A DNA stretch of 64,000 nucleotides, taken from NCBI GenBank assembly GCA_009602725.1, contig WELB01000022.1, positions 737,389-801,388 on the forward strand. The letters run 5' to 3'. The translations under genes were made by a program, and so were the position numbers. The notes beneath the pieces are model-generated. The model did no database searches. It had not been told where the DNA came from and saw only the letters and a list, made by a program, of their open reading frames with translations. Source of the stretch: Spirogloea muscicola (Eukaryota). Shown in pieces: positions 21,501 to 31,679 of the stretch. Numbering within the stretch: the first letter of the stretch is position 1; the number at the start of each line of letters is the position of its first letter.

Positions 21501-24500
21501 ACATGGAGGAGCGAAAGGGGTCGCCAGGCCGTGCAGGGCCAGGGCCGGGGTCCGCCAGTGGGCAGCAGCAGGCTGCCGGTGGTAGCGGCCTCCGCCGGAG
21601 TTCACGAAGGCCGCCGATATCTGCCGCTGACCGTGAGCCCAGCGAGGCTGCGTCGCCGCCAGTGGTAGCCTTTGGCCGAGGTGCGCGAAAGCGGCGGCGG
21701 CAGGTCGAGGCAGCTGGCATGGCTGTGCCTAAGCTGGAGGGATTGGAGGTGCCGTCAGAACATGACACGGAGATCACATGGGAGGAGGGCCCCATGAGTG
21801 CTACAGACTTGCCAACAAGTTGTGATGAAACGAGGGCAGCGAAGACTATGCCTGGTCCACTGGACGAGCTCAAGGCCATACTTCCTCAGAGTGTGTCGCG
21901 CGACATGCTCCAGGGGCTCATAACGCAGGCCGGCGGCGACGTCACCAAGGCCGTGAGCCTCTTCTTTGACTCGACAGTCTGCACCGTTGACTTACAAAGT
22001 GACTCTCAGAGCTGCCGGCAAGAGGGACACGAGATTGCAGTCGAGAGGCCAAGTGGGACGGCTCGTGAGGAGGACCTCCTGTCAATAGGCACGCCGCCGC
22101 CGAGCTTGGGACCAACGAGTGATGGGCCTCGAACGCCATCGCCAGCTCCTGCAGCAGCAGCGGCGAGGCGGGCGGCCGTGGCGAGCCCTAAAGAGAAGGC
22201 CGAGAGAGTCAGGGGAAGGCGCAGGGTGCCCAGCAACGGCGTACGAGGAGACCAGCAGCCGTCCATTCTGAAGTTCTTTGACAAGCCCTTGGCGGAGGTC
22301 AGCGCAGCCGAGGACTCAGACAAGGCCCTGGAGCAGCTCCTGCTGGTCCTGGGGGCCTCCGTGACGGCCGACAAGGCGCGGGACCTGCTGAGCCTGACCG
22401 ACGGGAACGTCAACATGGCTGTGAACTTGTTCTACAGTTCTGGGGATGCTAGCGAGAAGAAGCCGAGTGGTGCGCCTTCCACATCGGACGCGGCTACTGG
22501 CGTCCTCCAAAACCCATCTGGCGAAGCTGGAGGAGAGCACCGAGGCACTACAGATAAGGATGGGGCTCTCAATATCGTTGTGGGCTCTCAGAAAGATGGC
22601 GTGGCTGCCACTCTCAGTGAGGATGGTAATGCAGGGCTGGATGACGGCCGTGCTGCGGTGCTGGCGCTGATGAAGCCGCAGGCCAGCGAGGAGAGCCGTT
22701 GGGCCATATCTCTCGCCACTAGCAAGTACAAGCCCGTGGAGCATGGTCGGACATCCATGTACCTAAGCAAAGCAGAAATGATCACATTGCTTGCAAAGAC
22801 CCTTGCAAAGACCCGTCACAGCTTGTTAGCAGAAATGACAGCAGAATAGACATGTGCTGCCATAGGTCAGCATCAGGGCTTGGCAATGAAAGAGCAGGAA
22901 TCCCGTAGAATGGTCCTGTAGTCAATCACTGCCTGCAGTTTGCAGCAACAATAAGGAACGCATAGAAACTCTCATGCGTTCCTTATTCTGCAGCTTGTTG
23001 GTCTGCCGGGGAGCCCGCGCCTTATCTACACTTGGCAAGGACGTTCGAGGTGCTCGAGAAGGAGAGCGGGCGGCTCAAGAGCACTGACATGCTCTGCAAC
23101 ATGTTTCGCAGGTCTGCTCTCCTTGAGGTCCTCTGCTGCCCTGTCAAGTGCGTGCGAGATGAGCGCGATGCAGTACATTGTTCAGTGCGACCAGTATAAA
23201 ATGTGTGAACATCTATGTCAAGCTAAGGGACTTAAGGTGCACATCCTGCCCTCTCTGTGGTGCAGCTTGCTCTCACTTGCACCGGGTGACGTGTTACCTG
23301 CCCTCTACCTTGCGCTCAACAAGCTCGCCCCTGACTTTCAGAACGTGGTGAGTAAACAGCCCCTCTTATTGTCAAAGCTTAAGGGCAGCCAGGTCTATGA
23401 AGCTCTCCTTCTCGTCACCGTTTGAGAAGGGCTTTCATTTTTCACGCCAAGCTCAGCCATGCCAACCCATGTACTAACACATCGCTACTGCAGGACTTAA
23501 ATGTTGGCGGAAATACAGTCGCCGAGGCTGTGGTTGGAGCAGCTGGCATTCCTCGGAGCCGAATCCGGGAATTGTACACATCAACCGGCGATCTTGGTAA
23601 GTTGTCCCACACATCTGAAACCATCGGTGATACGAGCTTCCCGGTGCCTTTGCTTGAACTGCTTGTCAACCCAAATTGCATCACGTCATTCTCACTCATG
23701 TGTGCTGTGGTGCTACTTACTAGTGATGACTAATTTTCGAGGCAATCCTGGTGTTTTCAAATTGATTGTGTCATTGCCTGCTACGCAGGGGATGCCGCAC
23801 AGGCTTGCCGCCAGACGCAGGGCATGCTATTTGCGTTCCCCCCGCTCACGATACAGCAGGTGTTCTCCACCCTCATGAAGATCAGGTGATCGACAAGGCC
23901 CTTCCATCAATGTGCTGCATGCGTGTGCTTTATTTGCAACTGGTGGACAATACAAAGAATTGCACATGCCAATTGTGAAGAACTTAGTTCACTAAATGTT
24001 GGTGTCTGCATATTTTCAGTAAGGAGAGTGGAAGCGGCAGTGGCGCAAGGAAGAAGGCTCTCATCATGGGCCTCCTGAGAGCATGTCGGGAGAAGGAGAC
24101 GCAGTTCCTTGTTCGCACGCTTGTATGAGCACCAAGTCAATTATGGATGCCCCCCACATGCATTGAAGCACAGACAAGCAGAGAGATTGAGCCCATGAAC
24201 TTTGTGCAATCTCTGAGGAGTGATGTTTTTCTATAGCTGCCATTTTTCTGATATACATGTGCCATGTGTTGCTTGCCCATTTATTATACTCATCTATCCA
24301 ACTCTTCTCCAGGTCCAAAACATGCGAATCGGTGCAAACATCAGGACCGTGCTCCCAGCTCTGGCGCAGGCAGTCCTCATTCACCGTGCTCCAGTTGCAG
24401 CTGTCGACATCTTGAAACCACAGCTGCAGGTCAGATGATCCTGGAACCCGAAGGACAACCTTGTGCTTAGCTCGCTGCTTCCACGTACCTCATAGTATAT

Positions 24501-27500
24501 GACATCAAGCGGTTTTGTCATGTGTAGATTTGCGCATGCTGAACGGAGTAGCTGAGTTGACCCTCATCCGTCCTGGCTGTCATGAGACAGACTGCAGCTG
24601 CTGCCGCTGTGGAGGCCTACAATTACTTGCCAAACTTGGTAGGTGTTCACAGCACGCAGTCCAAGCAGTGTCAGCAGCTCTAAGATTGCAACATCAATAG
24701 ATTAAAAGGGATGTGGATAAGGATAGCAGTGAACTTGCTTTGCATCACCACATTGCATGCAAATGCAAGACAAGTCAAGAACATGCAGGCTCGTCCTTGC
24801 GGGGTGCTCATTGAGCAACTTTGAACAGGATTTGCTGGTGCCTGCCATGATGGAGGGAGGGGTGGAGGCCATGGCCGCGGCTGGTGTCGTTTCACCTGGC
24901 ACACCCATCAAGCCTATGCTGGCCAAGTGCGTATTTGTTGCTTGGGTTCTGGCCCTTTTGCTTGTACTTCTGTCAGGTCCTTACCATGATGAACGGGCAT
25001 GCACCGTGCTACTAGCATTCACATTAGAGTTGCTCGTGTGCGCTGCAAGATTTGCAAGCAAAAATGTCAGGGCTTGCTCTGTCCCATACTGCTAAGAGAT
25101 ATTAGTGCCTTGCGCATAAAATGCTTGATTTGCTCGAATTGCATTCTGTAACATTGTTCTGGAAGGTCAGACTTTATGATTGAGAAGTTTGTGCAAGCCC
25201 TTCTTCAGAACCAACTTTCACTGAGCAACTGAGGACAAGAACTTGCATGCTCCAATCATGGTGTGAATTTGGCCATCATGTGTGTCTGCAGGATAACCAA
25301 TGGCACACCAGAGGTGTTGAAGAGGTTCCATGGTCAAGCATTCACCTGTGAATACAAGTACGTGTACAAGCCCTCCAACCCAATTGAAAGTTTGTGCTTA
25401 GAGTCCAAGGCCCTGCAGTATAGATGGTACAATTGGCTCAGAGATCCACATGCGTCCAGTCAATGCCTTTCTGGGGCAGCCTCTCCTTCTGGCACTGTTA
25501 GAAGGACACGGTGCTTAACTGTGAAGGTGAGCTTAGGCAGGCAACTGCAATAAGTTTGTGATAAGAAGTATGAAGGCTTATAAGGGGGGAGTGTGTGCAG
25601 ATACGATGGGCAACGGGCTCAGATCCACTTGCTGCCAGGAGGCGATATCAGGATCTTCTCCAGGAACTCTGACGACATGACTGCACGATTCCCTGACGTG
25701 TCTGACATCGTCAGAGATGCTGCCAAGGCCGGCATACAGTCTTTCATCATAGACAGTGAGGTAGACAAGAGCCTAGTTGCAATTTGACTGAATCTGTGAA
25801 GCCAACAAGTGAAGTGGCTGGCTAAGATGTAATATGCTCAGGCATTCCAATGTAGGGTGTAATCTAATGCAGTTCTGGAGATGACATATCAGACATGTCC
25901 AAGAGTATTCGGAGAAGTCCAAGCAAGACGACCTCTTTGTATCATGAAGGCCAACAAGCTCACAAAAAATGGACCACTTGCTAGATCGACAACAGAGCAA
26001 ATTGATGACAAATATACCTGCTTTATTCCAAAAAAATCCTAGTCAATATCAGGTTTTGCTAAGAGAAAGTACTTTAGAGATGTTGGTTTGCATGCTTCAA
26101 TACATGTGCCTGCTCATCTGAGCACTCTCTGCCATGCAGGTGGTGGCAGTCGACAGAGCAGACGGCAACCGCTTGAGGGCTTTCCAGCACCTGAGCACGC
26201 GGGAGAGAGGCGGACGCGATGGAGCAAGTGTCAGCTTGGTTTCAATCAAGGTGTGTGAGCATCCAGGTCTTCTTTACAGCTGGAAAGCCACGCTGAACAC
26301 TCTGGACAATGGACGTAAGCCTTCTCTGTCAGAGTATCATATGCTTGCTGTGCAACCATTATCTTAAGAGTTATGCTGATAATTGTCTCCAGCTGTGTCC
26401 CTTGCGTCCTTCTAAGAAATGGGTTATACCTGCCATTTCTGTGTGCAGGTTGATGTGTGCATCTTTGTCTTTGACATCTTGTATGTGGACGGGAATCCGT
26501 ACGTTGCAATGCCTAAGTGCTCGACTGTCGCAAATATTCAGCAGCCTATGGCTGCTACATTAGCATGTCAAGTGTGAACCCTGACATGCAACTGTAGGAG
26601 CACGAAGATGATACCTATGTCTATATTATGCATCAGAAATCATTGCTTCCTTTTGGCCACCAGTTACTGTCGAAGGAACCTCTGCCTCCCATCACAGCAA
26701 TTTCCTTGTTGCAAAGCTCATACTGACATGACTTGGCGCTCTCCTTGCGTGCAGCTTGGTGAAGGCGTCCTTTCGAGAGCGACGGAAGAGTAGGAGCCAA
26801 TTGCTGTGTTCCTGCCAGTCATGTGATTCCGGGCTGCACTACATTGACTGACCTTCTTGGTCTTTATTGACTTGCTTCTACGACATTAGTGGTCTGTCTC
26901 CGTCATTCTTGCAACGATCTTGTGTGCTTGCAGATATGTACGAGGTCTTCCCGAACGTGAAGGCAGGCTACTTCAATTATGCGGACCAGATTATGGTGTG
27001 TAAGCTTTACAAGAGCATACGTTGGGACTGTGTGCAAGCTCCAACCCACAAAGTCCGTATACTATTGTCAGAGCATTGAGCAATGCTGGATAAGAATGAG
27101 CGGTGCATCTTGTGCAACTGGCAATGGCCAACAAGAGCTGTCCAGTGAGCTTGACGTACTGCAGACTGAGGGCTTTGTTAACCTTCGATTTGGTTCATTT
27201 GAGGAGCTTCTGAGATTCAAAGCTTTTTGCTATGCTCGTCATAGTTCAGGTTGTTCTCACTGTTCTTGCTGCAGTTAGAACCTCAGGAGATGGACGATGA
27301 GGGGGACAGGACACAGGCAGTAGAGAGCTTTCTCAGTGAAGCACTTCAAGCGGGCTCCGAGGGAGTCATGGTGAAGGCACTCGATGAAGGCTCGGATTAT
27401 GCAGCCAAAAGGAGCGATGCATGGCTCAAGGTGCTTCTCAAACCCACAAGAACACATTCAATGTGCATTTACTTGAGCCATTACCAGTCAAGAAGCTGCT

Positions 27501-28702
27501 ATCTCATGACTGACCTGCTGCTAGTCCCTTGAATGCAGGTGAAGAAGGACTATGTCGAAGGCATGCATGATACCTTGGACTTAGTCCCCATTGGGGCATG
27601 GTATGGTCAAGGACGTAAAGTGAAGTGGTAAGCAGTACTCCCACTGGCTAGCTCGTCTTTTATGTATCTCAGCATAAGTCTGACAATAACATCTGCTTGT
27701 GAGAGTGGCAGGTTCAGTCCCTTCCTCTTGGCGTGCTACGACCCAGACAGAGAGGAGTACCAAAGCGTCTGCCGTTGCATATCCGGCTTCACGGATGCTT
27801 TCTATGCCGAGGTACTGTGACACCTGACCAAATACGAGATGGTACACACAAAATGGATCACTTGTCAGCAGAGACTGCTCTGCTTGGCCAACAACTCTCT
27901 GGGGAACAGATATCAATCTTGGAGTCAAGTTGCATGGCTTTACTGTGCATGACGTCTAAGAAGCTTCAAGAAGCCGTACATACAGCAAGAACAAGCTGTC
28001 AGATTGACTGTGTGTATCTATTTGCACATTGACAGACCAGTAAGCTGTACAGGGAACAGCGGGTACTAGACAGGAGACCACCATACTACATCACTGATGA
28101 GCAGCCTGATGTTTGGTTCTCCGCCCACGACGTATGGGAGATGCGATGGGCAGGTGCATACTAAGATATGGATAGTTGAGCTTCCCATCGATTAAGTCAA
28201 TAATCAATTTGCGAATGCAATGGACTCCATCTGGGAGCTGAACATGTGATTATAGCTTGCTTATACGATTTTCAGAACGCAAATGTCTTGTTCTAATGTG
28301 TCAACCGGTGCGGTTGTGGGCTTGACAGATCTGACTGTCTCGCCGGTGCACAAGGCTGCTGTTGGGCTAGTGCACCCATCAAGAGGCATCTCCATGAGGT
28401 TCCCCAGATTCCTGCAAGTGAGGGTTGACAAGAAGCCGGAGGACGCCAATACAGCGTCCGACGTGGCAGAGTTCTTCCTCAAACAAACGCGAAAGCTTGA
28501 CATGCAGGATGGCGACGAGGATGAGAAAAGAGCAAAGCAGATAGAGGCTGTTAAGGAGGGGAACAACAGTCCTTTGAATGAGGAGAATAGTGGGCATTTT
28601 GAACTAAACAATAACGTAGATGTCAAGCAAGACGGCGATGGCTCCTTGAGCGAAGCAGAGAGCACTGTGCTCGAGGACAATACGCAACAACTAGGACTTT
28701 AG
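18527..28702 (+). CDS. LIG6: DNA ligase 6 (SNM1-type metallo-beta-lactamase/beta-CASP plus ATP-dependent ligase); 5' end in gap
   Basis: KLIPGTRFVVDGF, YFLSHFHADHY, DANHCPGAV, FLDTTYC, YVIGKEKI, GFVPTGW, VPYSEHS; then APYLHLARTF, PIKPMLAK, active site TCEYK|YDGQRAQIH, EGVMVK, WLK|VKKDY, LDLVPIG, SMRFPRF; stop TAG at 28700-28702. Confidence 0.93.
18874..18998 (+). repeat. Second degenerate telomere-like tract, in first visible LIG6 intron
   Basis: ttagggttttgggttt...tttaggg...tttagg...ctagggtttgaggttagggtcagggtctagggtt. Confidence 0.7.
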
Positions 28703-29634
28703 ACAATGTGCTGCCTTTACTTGTTGCAGTTGCCCAAGCTTTGGCACTTAAGGTTCACAAAGATATATTCTATTCTTCAGTAGGGCTGATGGCAATAACA
28801 TATTCCATTGTGTCCTAATGTGTGGGCAGCTATGCTGTGCTGCCCACAAATGCCACAAGGCAAATTATTGGATAGTGCCTACACATGTTGAGACAATTGG
28901 CTTAGGCGCAAAAGATAGTAGGTGTGGAAGTTCAAGAGGATTGCTTCATGGATCTCGTACATCAAAAGTACAGTCAAAAGATGCTGAAGAGTATTCGTCG
29001 CTTGGAGGAATTGGTTCATTGCTTACTAGTTCTTGGCAGGCTAGTCATGGGCTCTCAAAGTGCGGATATATATTATATATTGCATTCGGCAACTCCATGT
29101 GGCCAACTTGGGCATGTCTCACAAGCACGAGTGATGAGCCCAAGGCAAAGCGACTGAGAATAGGGTAAGGTCTTTGGGCATAGTTTGCATCTCGCCTGCT
29201 TGCTGCCTCAACCAAGACCAAATTTCTGCACAGCGGAATGACAAGCCTGTCTTTTGGGAGCAATATCATAAATTACATGCACACTAGGACGCCAGCGTCA
29301 CCTTGGGCGACTTCGAAGCTCGTCAGTCTTTAGCTCGCTCGTCCTCTTAGTGCAGGCCAAGCGGAGTAGAGGCTTCACCCTGACGATGGTATCGCACCTC
29401 GTAGCTTCTATTTGCACCATTTCGGCAGAGCGAGAAGCATGCATGCGTCCAGGCATATTTATCAAGCTGCTGTAGTCGGTTAGAGTTCAATGTCATTGCC
29501 TGTACAGTTGCTTGAAGACCAGATCTTCGAGGCACTGTATTAAGCAGCCCAGAGAGCTGACTAGGTTGAAAGGGTGCCGGAAAACGCCGATCACCTCCAA
29601 GCAAGGGGCCATTACAAGGTGGTGCCTATCATAT

Positions 29635-30813
29635 TTACAGCACTTGACCAGAAAAGGACAAGATTGTAGAGTCAAGTTGTCCCAATTGTCCCCGTACAGC
29701 ACCTAGTGGATACTCTCTGCTTCTCACTACGACATTGTAAAGCTCAGGGTTATCGGCCAGGTACTTCATTGTGCTATAATCCACGTGTACGACTCCTTGA
29801 AGAGCAAACATACGATCACCAAGGGCAGTTTCCACATTCTGCATGAGCAAGACAGATTTTTGGCATGACTATGGCCACGTTAAGTTGGTGAAGAAGGTGA
29901 TCGTCTCAAATCTCGTAAGTCCTGAAGCAGAAACAAGTGCGGGTTCTACTGCGATGCTCAGAAAGTGTCCTTCAATGCAATGCTTATAGTCTATCAAGCT
30001 TCAAGTTGTCACAAGTCAACTGCACATGGCCTTTGTGAGCAGATTCCTGCGATGGGAATGACACACTGGTGCTGTAGAGTTGTGTACATCCGCTGGTTTG
30101 AGGGCAGTATTCTTAACATCCAGCATGCGACAACGTCAGACAACGAGCAGACAGCAGCTCACCTCGAAACGGGTGTCGATAGATGTGTCGATCGTCATTA
30201 GATCCACCACAAGCGGTCCATCACCATAGTATGATCCGACAAACAGACCGGCTGAGATTGGCTCGGATATTCCCTTGAGATCCCAGATTTTGTACGTGAC
30301 CAGTAGGAGCTGCAACGCAAGAAGTTTCAGATTCAGCAACTACTTTGGAGAGCGTTTGGCACCTTGTGCCTGCACTCCGCCTGTGGCTGCCTTTTTGGAT
30401 GATAACAGTACGCAATTTGCTAGCAAGTCACGATTAGAAAGGGTTCTAAGATTCACTCACACCTCAGAATGAGACGCAACCCATGACGAGAGAAGGTTGG
30501 TCCTGGCAATCTGCTTTCAAGCCTTATATACGCTCTACAGGGCCGTGCTGCTTACCCTGAAGTCAAGGCTAAGAACAGCTTGACCAGATCCTCTGGGGCT
30601 GCCTGGACTCGTGACTACGTTAGCTCCATATAACTTGGTGACATAGACGATTTTGCCCAGAGGGATTCCGAGAAGGCCACAGGAGCCTGCTGCCTGGTGT
30701 GAGTTCGGCTGTGAGAGTGGAAGCAGGAGAATGCTGCTCACGAAAGCGAGGATGAAGCGCCTACAGCCCAACACGAGGGTCCTGCCAATGGAGCCAGCGG
30801 CAGGCCGCTGCAT
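29635..30813 (-). CDS. Secreted or membrane-anchored single CHRD-domain protein (~202 aa; exons 30813-30556, 30309-30163, 29838-29635)
   Basis: Hydrophobic N-terminus (FILAFVSSILLLPL); KLYGANVVTSPGSPRGSGQAVLSLD, VTYKIWDLKGISEP, GDGPLVVDL and LADNPELYNVVVRSREYPLGAVRGQL follow the CHRD pattern (L.G...v....s...G.a / GP.v..l / Y.nvHt..p.GeiRGQl); phase-0 GT-AG junctions. Confidence 0.72.
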
Positions 30814-30911
30814 GGCTGCCGGCTCAGCCTCGCTGGAGGCCCGGCCAATGGCTTGCTACTGCAAGATTGCAAGCAAGGTTCGGTGCTGATCTCTCAAGTC
30901 GCCACCTCAAC

Positions 30912-30935
30912 GTTCTAGAACTCGTTCTCTAGAAC
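30912..30935. promoter_or_regulatory. Heat-shock-element-like motif ~100 bp upstream of the CHRD gene ATG
   Basis: gTTCtaGAActcgTTCtctaGAAc: one perfect nTTCn/nGAAn pair plus a second imperfectly spaced pair. Confidence 0.45.
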
Positions 30936-30940
30936 ATTAT

Positions 30941-30994
30941 CAAGTAGCCCAGCCAAGTAGCTGGGCTACTTGCTGGCGTAGCAAGTAGCCCAGC
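30941..30994. repeat. Triple 13-mer in forward/reverse/forward orientation
   Basis: caagtagcccagc (30941-30953), gctgggctacttg (30960-30972), caagtagcccagc (30982-30994). Confidence 0.9.
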
Positions 30995-31374
30995 AAGTGC
31001 GACGGTGCCGCCTCGAGGCCAGCTCAGCAAGGCAGGCCAGTGAGCGCGCCGCTGCGCACCTTCGCCGCTGCCAGCCAAAGCCAGCGGCGCCCCAAGCCAG
31101 GAATGGCTCTGCAGCTGCGGGTTGCCTCGACCCCTCCCCTCCCCACGCTGGCTCTCCTCCCCGCGCTACATCACTTCACACTCTCCCTCTCACTTTGGAG
31201 GAGCTGGGTCTTCTGCTCCCTCTTCCTCCCTAGCTCTCCTCTCTCTTCCATATATCTTGAGCACTCTCTCCACTTGCCTTTTGCCCCTCCCCCTCTCTCG
31301 CTTCACCTTGAGCTGCCTCTTGCTCTTATCCCCTTCTCTCTGCTGCTCTCTACGTCTCTTACACAAATCACAGT

Positions 31375-31384
31375 CACACACACA

Positions 31385-31455
<71 letters not shown>
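31375..31455. repeat. (CA)n(CT)n compound microsatellite running into a gap (31456-31503)
   Basis: Directly visible. Confidence 0.95.
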
Positions 31456-31679
31456 NNNNNNNNNNNNNNNNNNNNNNNNNNNNNNNNNNNNNNNNNNNNN
31501 NNNCCCCTCCCGGCTCTCTCCCCCCCACCCATCCTCCCCAATCTGGGATATCGGTGTCTCGAGCGGCCCACGACCGATCGGCCGGTCAACTGTCACGACG
31601 TCCAGCTGACTGGGGCGTGACAGCCGGACTGGGCCGCACCCCGCCCCTTCTGATCTCGTCAACTATTACTTTCCTGCTT

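Noticed and set aside
28800..29630. Short ORFs between LIG6 and the CHRD gene
   Set aside because: No motifs; likely UTR or intergenic sequence.
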